Origin: Nemertoderma westbladi
Taxonomy: Eukaryota > Animalia > Xenacoelomorpha
Length of the DNA stretch: 64,000 nucleotides
NCBI GenBank assembly: GCA_032718475.1
Contig: JAUCBJ010000970.1
Location: 1-64,000 of the forward strand
Direction of reading: 5' to 3'
Part shown: positions 48,291-61,094 of the stretch, one piece after another
Position numbering within the stretch: position 1 is the stretch's first letter
Layout: each line of letters begins with the position of its first letter
Translations under genes and position numbers: made by a program
The notes under the pieces: model-generated
Seen by the model: the letters and a program-made list of their open reading frames with translations, nothing else
What the model was told of the DNA's origin: nothing
The model's database searches: none

Positions 48291-49045
48291 GGGCCTGTTT
48301 ACACGTGGCAACTTTTAGAGCAACTTTCTCGGCAACTAGCAACTTGTTTGGAGCAACTTAATTTAAACGCTGTTTACACGTGGCAACTTTACCAGCAACT
48401 TTACCAGCAACTTTTAGAGCAACTTGGCTAGTTTAACTGTAAAATAGTGGGTCATTTTATCTACTAGCTAGTTTTTGATAATTTAATTTTATTATCCCGC
48501 TTTATTTCGCAAACGCAAATTCCTTCAAGTGCCGTAAAAGTTGAGCAACTTTTACGGTAACTTTTTTACAGCAACTTACGTCTTTAAGCACCATTTTCGT
48601 TAGCAAAAGTTGTATAAAAATTCTCAAAAGTTATATAAAAATTCGCAAAAGTTATATAAAAATTCCTAAAAGTTATATAAAAATTCGCAAAAGTTATATA
48701 AAAATTCCTAAAAGTTATATAAAAATTTCGAAAATCTATATAAAAGTTTAAGAAGTTTACATGTTATAGGCCTACTATTATTATTGTGTTCTAGAATATT
48801 TTCTTGATATTCTATTAACTTTTATTAATTTTTATATAACTTTTATGAATTTTATATAACTTTTAGGAATTTTTATATAACTTTTGGGAATTTTTATATA
48901 GCTTTTAACACAACTTTTGAAAATTGTTATAAAACTTTTGCTAACGAAAATGGTGCTTTACACGGAGCAACTTGATCGGCAACCTGGGTTGCTCTACAAG
49001 TTGCCGAGAAAGTTGCTCTAAAAGTTGCAACGTGTAAACAGGCCT
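48291..49045. mobile_element. PIF/Harbinger (Tourist-like) MITE
   Basis: Long TIR gggcctgtttacacgtggcaacttttagagcaactttctcggcaac with its reverse complement at the right end; TAA on both flanks. Confidence 0.85.
48587..48957. mobile_element. Second Harbinger-like MITE nested in the first
   Basis: TIR agcaccattttcgttagcaaaagtt / aacttttgctaacgaaaatggtgct; TTA TSD; internal inverted ~21-bp arrays. Confidence 0.8.
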
Positions 49046-49059
49046 TAAGGCGCTTGTAA

Positions 49060-49800
49060 CCATATGCAGTTTTCAGGTCGCGTTTGAATTGGTTGAGGTC
49101 AGTGCATATTCATAGCGAAGTGGAAGAGAGTTGAAGACTGTTGGAGCGGCTATTGCAATGGATCGTTTTTTTTTAATTATAAGTAGGAACTTTGAAAGTC
49201 CACATGTATTCGGGTCGGGTATCAATGTATCATTATAGTTAGTTCGGAACCAATAAATCAATGAGATAGGTCGGGGTCGGGACCAGGGCCGGGTGAGTAC
49301 AAAACAAAGACCAAAAACTTTGACTTTGACTTTACTGCCCCTGCCCGTTCTGTACAAAACGAAGAGGTAAAGTCGCGTTAAGTACCAAAGAGCGTTAGGT
49401 CCCATTGCCATTTAAAGGACCAGGTTAGTAAAGGAGCAGTTTACAGAGGCGTGTTGGGGAAACCAAAACATTAAACGATAGTTAACACATGTTACAAGAT
49501 AATGCAGGTCTTTTTAATTAGGTGTTTGTTTTGTACTCACACTGTCGGGGTCGGATTGTTAATATATTTCCAGGTTAATAAAGCTATTTTCGTATTCAAT
49601 CCTATATCCTACTGGGTGTAAATCCTTTAAGGTATTGGTTATATGAGCTGTTTTTGGCAGCTTCTTAATTAATCTTACACAGGAATTTTGTAAAAGCTGA
49701 AGTCGATAGTTTGGAAGTCCATAGAGTAAACTATTATTTGAATATATTCTAATTCTGGAGATGATATTGAATTTACTAAACGTAGACAATTTTCTTCAGA
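49060..49800 (-). mobile_element. Decayed L2/CR1-group LINE ORF2 3' fragment
   Basis: Remnants IISR..NSLLYGLP..LQLLQNSCVRLI..HIT..LKDLH..RIEY and RSIAIAAPTVFNSLP, typical of the L2 ORF2 C-terminus. Confidence 0.7.
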
Positions 49801-51818
49801 TAAATGTTTTGATACAGATATTGTTGGTACATATATTGGATATACTGTACATACACATACTGTATACTGTATATTGGATCTTGGATGTATAATAAATACC
49901 TTGGATACTCGTCGGCTTTTAATTTAAGCACCTTTAGTTAGATTGGAGGGCGAGAGTTCCGATATTCATATTGACCCAGGTACGGGGGTTTTGGTGTGTG
50001 TATGTATCAATTAAATTAATTATATAATATACATGGTGGCATTACACAAATGTCTGTATAGCAGTATAGCTTCCACCCCCCCCCCCCCCCCCCCCATTTT
50101 ACTTCCCAATAATTTCAGAAATCAAGAAAACTTATACTTATAAACTTATATAACTCTAATATATATAATATACATATATAATCTAATTTAAAACATATAT
50201 ACTTTGTTTAGCAGCTAAACATGTGCAACTTTTCCGAATGTCATCATCGATTACTGTAGCAAACATGTCTTACCAGTTAGATCATGGTTCGTATATTGGT
50301 GCGTGATATAATAATACTCGCTGTATCGATAAATTCATCGATTTTTTCATTAGCAGATGGTTTAACCCCCTAATTTAATGGCATTTAACTTTATATTCAT
50401 ATAATTTACATTTTGGTTCAATTCCGATGTCCTGACTCTGCAGTCTGTAAGGTTTATAAATACTTTAATATACAAATATTTTCTCGAGAAATTATTATGG
50501 AATTAACCATTAATTCGTGTATTATATTTGACGCTATTTTGTTGATCGCCATTTTTGCGTTGAGTTATGCCGCAGCTGAGGAAGCCAATACGACACCCCA
50601 AGCGCCGGCTACGTTAGCCCCACCGTTTGCTATTCCATGGCGCTGGTGGTAGGCCTACAACTGACTTGGTAGTCTACAGTACAATAGGGTGGTGTCAGGT
50701 GCTGGCAATTATTGTAAAGAGATTCATTCATATTATACTTTGGTGTTGTTGGTTTAATGAACATTATGTCCAGGAGATCGGTTTTATGGATAAATAATGT
50801 AATAATGACTTGAGGTAATTATTATTAAGTTTTTTTCCGAACAAATAGACACTTACAGTACCTGCCATAGACTTTAGACTGAGATCGTCCCTGTCATATC
50901 ATAAGGGCCATAGTCAGAAAAACAAGTTTTTCAGGAAACAACTTTTTGATTTCTAAATTTTGTTTTAAAAAAAAAGGTAAAAAAATCTTGTGCCTTATTG
51001 TGTGCCTTATTTCTAGCACAAAAGTTAAGTTAATTATGTTGTATGTATCAATTGAAAACGGTGCCATGCGTTAGTTGTTATTAATAAGTTCAATTATTGA
51101 ATTTTTTGAAGTTTTTATAACATTTTATGATTTAGAGATGATATTTTTCAAAATGGCTTAACTATAGTTTAGAAGTTTGTATCTTTGAGCACCGAGTGGG
51201 AGTGCCTTATTGAGTCTTGTTGATTATGATTCGTCTTGTTGATTCGAATGGACACACTTTACTCAAGCACCGCACGGCTCGGTAGAGGCAACACGCAATG
51301 CCACACCAACGCGCTCTTCAGCAATAAACATAACTTTTTCAATTATAGTGAAAGTAAATTCATATGAATTATGGTTCACCTGTGCAGGTCAGTGAATAGT
51401 GATCACATTGGTTATATTGGGCGTACTGTAGGCCATTTTGATAAAAATACACAATCGAATGAATACTATCAGACTATAGAGTAAGATTCTCGGATGAAAT
51501 TGGAAGTATGTCAGCAACCGTGATCTTTAGGTTCCTTCTGGCTGTCACTCAGGAAGCCTGTTCGAACCTGTTCTATTCTACTGTTCTATTCATTTTATTT
51601 TGTGATTTAGCCTAGCTGCTGCCTACTGGCCTAGTGTGATTTCTGATTTCAGGATTTGGCTGTTTAGTTATACAGACCTATCTATCTCGCCTATCCCGGT
51701 TTGCTCATTCAGTCATTTCTGGTTTTATGTACCGTCGTGTGTGTACCGCAGTACCGGTATCACAGATCAGTACACTACACAGTACAGCAGTAACGACACA
51801 AATCCTCGTGTATCGATT

Positions 51819-52147
51819 GGGTAAATCTTTTCGACCTACGCGTAGGCTACGCGTGCTACGCGTAGCTACGCGTAGCTACGCGTAGTTCGCAACATTGGGT
51901 CATATATCACCAGTTTCAGAGTTTTAACAATAACTACGCGTAGGTGCTACGCGTAGTTTCTAAATACCTACGCGTAGTTCCAAAATAACTACGCGTAGTT
52001 TTAAAACACCTACGCGTAGTTGTTAAAAAGGCAGTAAGTCTGGCCCTACCGGTAAATGACAGGAATGGAAGTTACAAACTACGCGTAGCTACGCGTAGCT
52101 ACGCGTAGCTACGCGTAGGCCTACGCGTAGGTCGAAAAGATTTACCC
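51819..52147. mobile_element. Palindromic MITE (GG-terminal TIR, 8-bp TSD; Merlin-like)
   Basis: 29-bp TIR gggtaaatcttttcgacctacgcgtaggc / gcctacgcgtaggtcgaaaagatttaccc; TSD tatcgatt; many ctacgcgtag palindromes inside. Confidence 0.85.
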
Positions 52148-52276
52148 TATCGATTGGCGAAACTGAAACCTACAAAGTGCGAATGCTGAATTCGCTCGTT
52201 CTGACGTTGTTATAGTACCGGTACATAGGCTACAGTACAGCAGTAAACAGTACATGTCATTTATTGTAGTAGCACA

Positions 52277-54166
52277 ATGGAACGATTTCCAAATGAAGTG
52301 ATATCACATATATTTTCCTACCTCGGTGTATCTGATCGCGGGTCCGCAGCCCTTGTATGTAAACGATGGTATCAACTATCTTTCTATAAACCACCGACTC
52401 ATTCGATTATTATAGACAAGGTACCAGACACCGGTTTGTTCTCCTGCCTAGAACGTCCCAGTAGCGCCGAGGTTAACGTTACGTGGGAATCATTCAGCGA
52501 CCAATCTGTGTCCTCGATGCTCGAAGCCCGCTCCGTATGCTACCCCCGCCTGGGCCACTCGGTTACGTCTTTGAGTATCGCCGGAACCGACGTTACGTCA
52601 TCGGGGTTTGTCTCTCTGATCCAATGTTTCCCGTCGTTGGGCCGACTCGATTTGTCGCGATGTCCCGGGGTTTTCATGCGAGACTTCCTGTCATCTTCCG
52701 ATCCATCAACTCGTTCCGTTATCCAGATTCTCTCCAACCTCGTCGCCCTCAACATCTCGCACAACAAACACCTGAGCGACTCCATGTTTCTCAGATTGGT
52801 GGCCCCCGCCCTTGGCTTGAAGGAGATCCACATAGCCGGGTCAATGACCTCCAACAACCAGAATCAATCACATCGCTCAGATTCTTCGAAAAATTCTTTA
52901 TTTAGTTGGAAGGTTTTCTTTGATTTCATCCAATCACGTTCGTCCAAGTTGACGCTTATCGATATAGGAAGAACAGAGATAGAGGACAATCAGCTGTCAG
53001 AGGTAGTCTCCATCCCGGGCCTCCGCCTGGAGACCCTGATTCTCCGGGGTTGTAGGAACTTAACTTCGAGATCGTTAGGCAGCATCGCTAGATACCAACC
53101 GCTTATACGTCGCATTGACGTAAGTTTATTGGAGTTTATAAACCCCGGGTGTAATCTAATACAGAGTCTTTTAGCTTCCTGTAAACAACTGGTTGAGGTG
53201 GATGCGAGTGGTTGTGGGTTGCTAGCCAATCAAAACCGTTCGTTGGTATGGAGCCATCGTGATTCCATCCAAAAAATCAACCTCAAAGACACTATGAATT
53301 CCTCATTCACTTATCTCAGTAATCCCAATGGTTTCCGATTAAACAACCTTGTTTACCTTGATGTTACCAACAACTTGGGAATCACTGACGATTGCATATC
53401 ATTGGTTCTCACATCGTCACTCCATCTACTTCATCTGTTCGTCTCCTCGCAAGTAATAACTGACGTCACGTTGACGAATCTCTCGCGATTGGGTCGCCAA
53501 TTGCGCAGTTTATCTGTCACGTGGAATCCACGGCATTTGTCGAATTTCGGTTTGTGCGGAATTCTTGAACAACCAGCTGTTACGTCAACTAGTGGAGACT
53601 CACATTCAGTTGATACAACAGTGCAGTTAATCACGCGATGTCAGTGTCTCTTTAAGCATGTGGATCTCGCAAAACAGTTGGACTTCTCGCGAATTTCCAG
53701 CTGTCCGCTCTCCGCAAATAATTTGAAAGAAATTTCCGGTTTAAAGAAACTTGACCTAACCGGTTGTTCCCTATTCACAAACTTCGGTTTGCTCCACGCG
53801 ATCTCGTTTCTAGAATTGGTCTCCTTGACTCTGAATATGTGCGTCTCTCTCACCGATCTTGGCGTCCGTGGTCTGTGTCGCCCCGGTGCTCTGCCCAGTT
53901 TGGAACTTCTGTCACTGAAACTCTGCCGTTTGCTGACGGACGACGCAGTACTCCATATCTCGCGAGAACTATCGCGTCTGCGGTACCTAAACGTGAGTTC
54001 CTGTCCGAAACTATCCAATAAATCGTTACATTATATCAACAGATTCTCTGATCGACTCAGAACCCTCGATATCTCTGGGAATCCCCTTATAACTCAGAAC
54101 GGAGTGGATACCATCTGCGATCTATTGCCTAATCTAGAAGTAAACGGGAGACTCATTAGCTCTTAG
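52277..54166 (+). CDS. Intronless F-box/leucine-rich-repeat protein (FBXL; resembles LRRC29/FBXL9)
   Basis: N-terminal F-box FPNEVISHIFSYLGVSDRGSAALVCKRW; multiple cysteine-containing LRRs (LKKLDLTGCSLFTN, LELLSLKLCRLLTDDAV, LRYLNVSSCPKLSN); 629 aa uninterrupted. Confidence 0.92.
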   Translation: MERFPNEVISHIFSYLGVSDRGSAALVCKRWYQLSFYKPPTHSIIIDKVPDTGLFSCLERPSSAEVNVTWESFSDQSVSSMLEARSVCYPRLGHSVTSLSIAGTDVTSSGFVSLIQCFPSLGRLDLSRCPGVFMRDFLSSSDPSTRSVIQILSNLVALNISHNKHLSDSMFLRLVAPALGLKEIHIAGSMTSNNQNQSHRSDSSKNSLFSWKVFFDFIQSRSSKLTLIDIGRTEIEDNQLSEVVSIPGLRLETLILRGCRNLTSRSLGSIARYQPLIRRIDVSLLEFINPGCNLIQSLLASCKQLVEVDASGCGLLANQNRSLVWSHRDSIQKINLKDTMNSSFTYLSNPNGFRLNNLVYLDVTNNLGITDDCISLVLTSSLHLLHLFVSSQVITDVTLTNLSRLGRQLRSLSVTWNPRHLSNFGLCGILEQPAVTSTSGDSHSVDTTVQLITRCQCLFKHVDLAKQLDFSRISSCPLSANNLKEISGLKKLDLTGCSLFTNFGLLHAISFLELVSLTLNMCVSLTDLGVRGLCRPGALPSLELLSLKLCRLLTDDAVLHISRELSRLRYLNVSSCPKLSNKSLHYINRFSDRLRTLDISGNPLITQNGVDTICDLLPNLEVNGRLISS

Positions 54167-54433
54167 AAATATATTTATCACATTTTTTTCAGTTTATCTG
54201 AATTAAATTAATGAATTGAATATATGAAATACCGACTTCTACAACCGACGACTTTCGACATCTGACAGCAGACACTTTAATAGCACTTAGAATAATATAT
54301 TTAAATACTTCAATATATTTTCCCATTAAAGGCATATGTGGTGTACGTCTTTTGCAAATACCGGGAATTCTGCCCATAAATATATTATGTTTCACTTTCA
54401 TTTATACCCAAACCAACAACCACCAGATAGAAT

Positions 54434-57400
54434 AATGGCCATTACTTGGGCCAGGTCACGCAAGAATATGTTTGGCAATGGCCATTACTTGGGCCAGGTC
54501 ACGCGATAATATGTTTGGCAATGGCCATTACTTGGGTCAGGTCACGCGATAATATGTTTGGCAATGGCCATTACTTGGGCCAGGTCACGCAAGAATATGT
54601 TTGGCAATGGCCATTACTTGGGCCAGGTCACGCAAGAATATGTTTGGCAATGGCCATTACTTGGGCCAGGTCACGCAAGAATATGTTTGGCAATGGCCAT
54701 TACTTGGGTCAGGTCACGCAATAATATGTTTGGCAATGGCCATTACTTGGGTCAGGTCACGCGATAATATGTTTGGCAATGGCCATTACTTGGGCCAGGT
54801 CACGCAAGAATATGTTTGGCAATGGCCATTACTTGGGCCAGGTCACGCAAGAATATGTTTGGCAATGGCCATTACTTGGGTCAGGTCACGCAAGAATATG
54901 TTTGGCAATGGCCATTACTTGGGCCAGGTCACGCGATAATATGTTTGGCAATGGCCATTACTTGGGTCAGGTCACGCGATAATATGTTTGGCAATGGCCA
55001 TTACTTGGGCCAGGTCACGCAAGAATATGTTTGGCAATGGCCATTACTTGGGCCAGGTCACGCGATAATATGTTTGGCAATGGCCATTACTTGGGCCAGG
55101 TCACGCGATAATATGTTTGGCAATGGCCATTACTTGGGTCAGGTCACGCGATAATATGTTTGGCAATGGCCATTACTTGGGTCAGGTCACGCGATAATAT
55201 GTTTGGCAATGGCCATTACTTGGGCCAGGTCACGCAAGAATATGTTTGGCAATGGCCATTACTTGGGCCAGGTCACGCGATAATATGTTTGGCAATGGCC
55301 ATTACTTGGGCCAGGTCACGCGATAATATGTTTGGCAATGGCCATTACTTGGGTCAGGTCACGCGATAATATGTTTGGCAATGGCCATTACTTGGGTCAG
55401 GTCACGCGATAATATGTTTGGCAATGGCCATTACTTGGGCCAGGTCACGCAAGAATATGTTTGGCAATGGCCATTACTTGGGCCAGGTCACGCAAGAATA
55501 TGTTTGGCAATGGCCATTACTTGGGTCAGGTCACGCAAGAATATGTTTGGCAATGGCCATTACTTGGGCCAGGTCACGCAAGAATATGTTTGGCAATGGC
55601 CATTACTTGGGTCAGGTCACGCGATAATATGTTTGGCAATGGCCATTACTTGGGCCAGGTCACGCAAGAATATGTTTGGCAATGGCCATTACTTGGGTCA
55701 GGTCACGCGATAATATGTTTGGCAATGGCCATTACTTGGGCCAGGTCACGCGATAATATGTTTGGCAATGGCCATTACTTGGGCCAGGTCACGCGATAAT
55801 ATGTTTGGCAATGGCCATTACTTGGGCCAGGTCACGCAAGAATATGTTTGGCAATGGCCAATACTTGGGTCAGGTCACGCGATAATATGTTTGGCAATGG
55901 CCATTACTTGGGCCAGGTCACGCAAGAATATGTTTGGCAATGGCCATTACTTGGGTCAGGTCACGCGATAATATGTTTGGCAATGGCCATTACTTGGGCC
56001 AGGTCACGCAAGAATATGTTTGGCAATGGCCATTACTTGGGTCAGGTCACGCGATAATATGTTTGGCAATGGCCATTACTTGGGCCAGGTCACGCGATAA
56101 TATGTTTGGCAATGGCCATTACTTGGGCCAGGTCACGCGATAATATGTTTGGCAATGGCCATTACTTGGGCCAGGTCACGCAAGAATATGTTTGGCAATG
56201 GCCATTACTTGGGTCAGGTCACGCGATAATATGTTTGGCAATGGCCATTACTTGGGCCAGGTCACGCAAGAATATGTTTGGCAATGGCCATTACTTGGGC
56301 CAGGTCACGCGATAATATGTTTGGCAATGGCCATTACTTGGGCCAGGTCACGCAAGAATATGTTTGGCAATGGCCATTACTTGGGCCAGGTCACGCGATA
56401 ATATGTTTGGCAATGGCCATTACTTGGGCCAGGTCACGCGATAATATGTTTGGCAATGGCCATTACTTGGGCCAGGTCACGCAAGAATATGTTTGGCAAT
56501 GGCCATTACTTGGGTCAGGTCACGCGATAATATGTTTGGCAATGGCCATTACTTGGGCCAGGTCACGCGATAATATGTTTGGCAATGGCCATTACTTGGG
56601 CCAGGTCACGCAAGAATATGTTTGGCAATGGCCATTACTTGGGTCAGGTCACGCGATAATATGTTTGGCAATGGCCATTACTTGGGCCAGGTCACGCGAT
56701 AATATGTTTGGCAATGGCCATTACTTGGGCCAGGTCACGCAAGAATATGTTTGGCAATGGCCAATACTTGGGTCAGGTCACGCGATAATATGTTTGGCAA
56801 TGGCCATTACTTGGGCCAGGTCACGCAAGAATATGTTTGGCAATGGCCATTACTTGGGTCAGGTCACGCGATAATATGTTTGGCAATGGCCATTACTTGG
56901 GCCAGGTCACGCAAGAATATGTTTGGCAATGGCCATTACTTGGGTCAGGTCACGCGATAATATGTTTGGCAATGGCCATTACTTGGGCCAGGTCACGCGA
57001 TAATATGTTTGGCAATGGCCATTACTTGGGCCAGGTCACGCGATAATATGTTTGGCAATGGCCATTACTTGGGCCAGGTCACGCAAGAATATGTTTGGCA
57101 ATGGCCATTACTTGGGTCAGGTCACGCGATAATATGTTTGGCAATGGCCATTACTTGGGCCAGGTCACGCAAGAATATGTTTGGCAATGGCCATTACTTG
57201 GGCCAGGTCACGCGATAATATGTTTGGCAATGGCCATTACTTGGGCCAGGTCACGCAAGAATATGTTTGGCAATGGCCATTACTTGGGCCAGGTCACGCG
57301 ATAATATGTTTGGCAATGGCCATTACTTGGGCCAGGTCACGCGATAATATGTTTGGCAATGGCCATTACTTGGGCCAGGTCACGCAAGAATATGTTTGGC

Positions 57401-58165
57401 AATGGCCATTACTTGGGTCAGGTCACGCGATAATATGTTTGGCAATGGCCATTACTTGGGTCAGGTCACGCGATAATATGTTTGGCAATGGCCATTACTT
57501 GGGCCAGGTCACGCAAGAATATGTTTGGCAATGGCCATTACTTGGGTCAGGTCACGCGATAATATGTTTGGCAATGGCCATTACTTGGGCCAGGTCACGC
57601 GATAATATGTTTGGCAATGGCCATTACTTGGGCCAGGTCACGCGATAATATGTTTGGCAATGGCCATTACTTGGGCCAGGTCACGCAAGAATATGTTTGG
57701 CAATGGCCATTACTTGGGTCAGGTCACGCGATAATATGTTTGGCAATGGCCATTACTTGGGCCAGGTCACGCAAGAATATGTTTGGCAATGGCCATTACT
57801 TGGGTCAGGTCACGCAAGAATATGTTTGGCAATGGCCATTACTTGGGCCAGGTCACGCGATAATATGTTTGGCAATGGCCATTACTTGGGCCAGGTCACG
57901 CAAGAATATGTTTGGCAATGGCCATTACTTGGGTCAGGTCACGCGATAATATGTTTGGCAATGGCCATTACTTGGGCCAGGTCACGCGATAATATGTTTG
58001 GCAATGGCCATTACTTGGGTCAGGTCACGCGATAATATGTTTGGCAATGGCCATTACTTGGGCCAGGTCACGCGATAATATGTTTGGCATGGCCATTACT
58101 TGGGCCAGGTCACGCGATAATATGTTTGGCAATGGCCATTACTTGGGCCAGGTGACGCGATAATA
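54434..58165. repeat. 43-bp satellite (AATGGCCATTACTTGGGYCAGGTCACGCRAKAATATGTTTGGC), ~87 copies
   Basis: Directly visible; two biallelic sites; ORFs here are translations of the repeat. Confidence 0.98.
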
Positions 58166-58532
58166 GTTGTCAGCTGTCGGTTGTCTGCAGTCGGTTGTCT
58201 GATGGCGGTTGTCTGCTGTCGGTTTTCTGCCTCCTTAGCTAAAATACTCACATTTTTGGTTTTTTATTTCATCTGGTGCAGAATTGAATTGACTTTAGAA
58301 GACAGACATACATGTTTGAGCTGGAAGGTTCAAACTTTAATTAAAGCAAATTATCTATCTCGGAAACGGAATTACATTTTTCGATTTCCAATCTTTCAAA
58401 ATACTACTCCTCCGCCATTTGTCATTCAAATTCTATAATTTATGGCTCGTTTGAAGGTTTTTTTGTAGATTTTGGTAGACTCGCCAGCTCATTTAAAAAA
58501 ATTGTTCTAATACAGGATGTATTATTGCGAAT

Positions 58533-58790
58533 TTTAATTAATTAAAATTAATTTATTAAAATTAATTTATTAATTAATTAAAATTAATTTATTAATTAAT
58601 TAAAATTAATTTATTAAAATTAATTTAGTAATTAATTAAAATTAATTTATTAATTAATTAAAATTAATTTATTAAAATTAATTTATTAATTAATTAAAAT
58701 TAATTTATTAATTAATTAAAATTAATTTATTAATTAATTAAAATTAATTTATTAATTAATTAAAATTAATTTATTAATTAATAATTTTTA
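58533..58790. repeat. Pure-AT low-complexity tandem repeat (ATTAATTAATTAAAATTAATTT)
   Basis: Directly visible. Confidence 0.9.
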
Positions 58791-59212
58791 TTTGTATTTT
58801 TATTTAATTTAATTTTTATTTATTTATTTATTAAAATTAATGCATATATTCATATATTAATGATAGATTCAAAGGTGCTGTGATAGTGTTTTTAGTGAAA
58901 TATTTAATTCCGCCACTCGCCCCTAGAGGGACACAACAATTTCATTTTTTGTTGCGCTTTGGCCTTTTCCACTGGCTTTGCCCCCCCCCCCCCCCCCCCC
59001 CCTTAAATGAAAAATTGTACTATATTTGTAGCATAATGGTACGGAGCCCGTAAAGGGACATGAGAAAAAAATGTGTTTTTTTCTCTTGTCATTTTAGGGG
59101 CTCCGTATAATGGAGTGTAAATTATTAAAATTTTTGTTGAGATTGTACTCAAAATATTTATGTGGGAAAAAGTTAAGAGACAACGCATTATGGGTGCAAA
59201 CGTTGGTCAAAA

Positions 59213-60345
59213 GCAGACACTGGTGCAGACAGTGGTGCAGACAGTGTTGCAGACACTGGTGCAGACAGTGGTGCAAGCAGACACTGGTGCAGGCAGACAC
59301 TGGTGCAGGCAGACACTGGTGCAGGCAGACACTGGTGCAGGCAGACACTGGTGCAGGCAGACACTGGTGCAGATACTGGTACAGACAGTGGTGCAGACAG
59401 TGGAGCAGACAGTAGTGCAGATAGTGGTGCAGACAGTGGTGCAGACACTGGTACAGACAGTGGAGCAGACAGTGGTGCAGACACTGGTACAGACAGTGGA
59501 GCAGACAGTGGTGCAGACAGTGGTTCAGACTCTGGTGCAGACAGTGTTGCAGACTCTGGTGCAGACACCTGGTGAAAATACTGTAATACCAGAGTGCACG
59601 CCTCAAAACACAGAACCACTAGGCAAGGCACTATTATTTTATAATTTATCATAGACTTTATTATCTACAACTATGCGCGTAACTACTGAAAGGTTCTACA
59701 TGAAGTAGGGAGGTAGTATGTAGTACAAGTCGGGGTGTGTGGGGGGTGAATGTGCCCTGATTACAAATAATTATAAGTGGTGTGTACGAAATTAATTAAA
59801 TCGGTATTCCCGTTTTCATATAAACAATAATGTCAACAAACTGTGAGCTGCATTTTAAGCGAAAGGCTTTGCTTGTTTATACATGACCTACTTTAGACAG
59901 AGTATGTTTAATTTGTTTACCTTTACTGGAGTGAATGCTTATTAATAAAACGATGTAATCAAGTTATTGTCTCATACTGGGGATATACACTCACTAACTA
60001 ATAATATAGAGCATGAACCAGTACATGCTCAGTCGTCAGGCTGACTGTTGGCAACTAATTCATATGTAATTGTTTATTGTTAATTGTTTCGTTTATTGTT
60101 TTGGTAAGAATAACGTGTCACTGTTAACTCACGCGCGGGAAATGATAACACTGTACCATGTCTGGTTTGAAAATACTGTTTGTTCTGGGCGCCGGGTGTT
60201 TTCACAAGGTGTTTGCACCACTGTCTACACCAGTGTATGCACCAGTGTCTGCTCCCCTGTCTGCACCACTGTCTGCACCACTGTCTGCACCAGTGTCTGC
60301 ACCACTGTCTGCACCAGTGTCTGCACCACTGTCTGCACCAGTGCC
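59213..60345. repeat. Inverted pair of 12-bp arrays (AGACAGTGGTGC at 59213-59575; GCACCACTGTCT at ~60215-60345)
   Basis: The arrays are reverse complements of each other around a ~640-bp spacer. Confidence 0.85.
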
Positions 60346-61094
60346 TGCTTAACGTTTACACCCACGATTATCATTTATAACCATGGTGACACTTTACTAA
60401 GTAAGTTTATTGAGAGAGGAAATTAATTTTATAGGATCGTTATCAGTGTGTGAAAAACAGTTGTGTCATTGGCAAAAAGGGTTGGAGTGTTTTAACATTC
60501 AATTTATGTTTTCAAACTAATTTTCTGATCTTATAATATTTATGAACTAATTATTGCCTTTGTTTACAATGATTATACACTTACGTTACGTAATTTAAAG
60601 ATAATATGTAATCGTAATTTCAATTACTTTGGACTTTAATCCGGATATATTTGTCTGAATTTTGTGTTTTTGCAGGCCTTTCTTATACTTAAACATTAAA
60701 CACAGGCCATGGGTACTTATTTGATTGTCGATAAAATGTACCTACTGAATCGTAGATTACTTTAGTGAAACACCTATTAGGTTGTCATTAATTAATTAAT
60801 AAACCTTTTTCTCACTAAATTTGCAGCAACTGCGATTAATTATCTATTTATTACATTAAACAATAATTTCACATAATTTTTCAAAAATCTTATACAGTAT
60901 CTCAGTTTTCATTCTTTCTTCAATTTCCCTCGTCTTTTTCGTGAAAGCTTTAATACCAGATGAAATTTGAAATATCTCATCAATCATTCATTTCTTCTAA
61001 ATATTAATGCATATAAATAAATATATTCTGCCACCTTAGATAGATAGATAACCTACTGCAGTTATAAAAAAAGTAAATTTTCTTCGACCGTTAG

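Noticed and set aside
50413-50652. Short ORF with a signal-peptide-like hydrophobic stretch
   Set aside because: Short, with no recognisable family or supporting exons; cannot be supported from sequence alone.
54446-58035. Dozens of MAMAITWARSR ORFs
   Set aside because: Frame-cycling translations of a 43-bp repeat.
59094-60426. His/Cys-rich or APLS-repeat ORFs
   Set aside because: Products of the 12-bp arrays, open on both strands.
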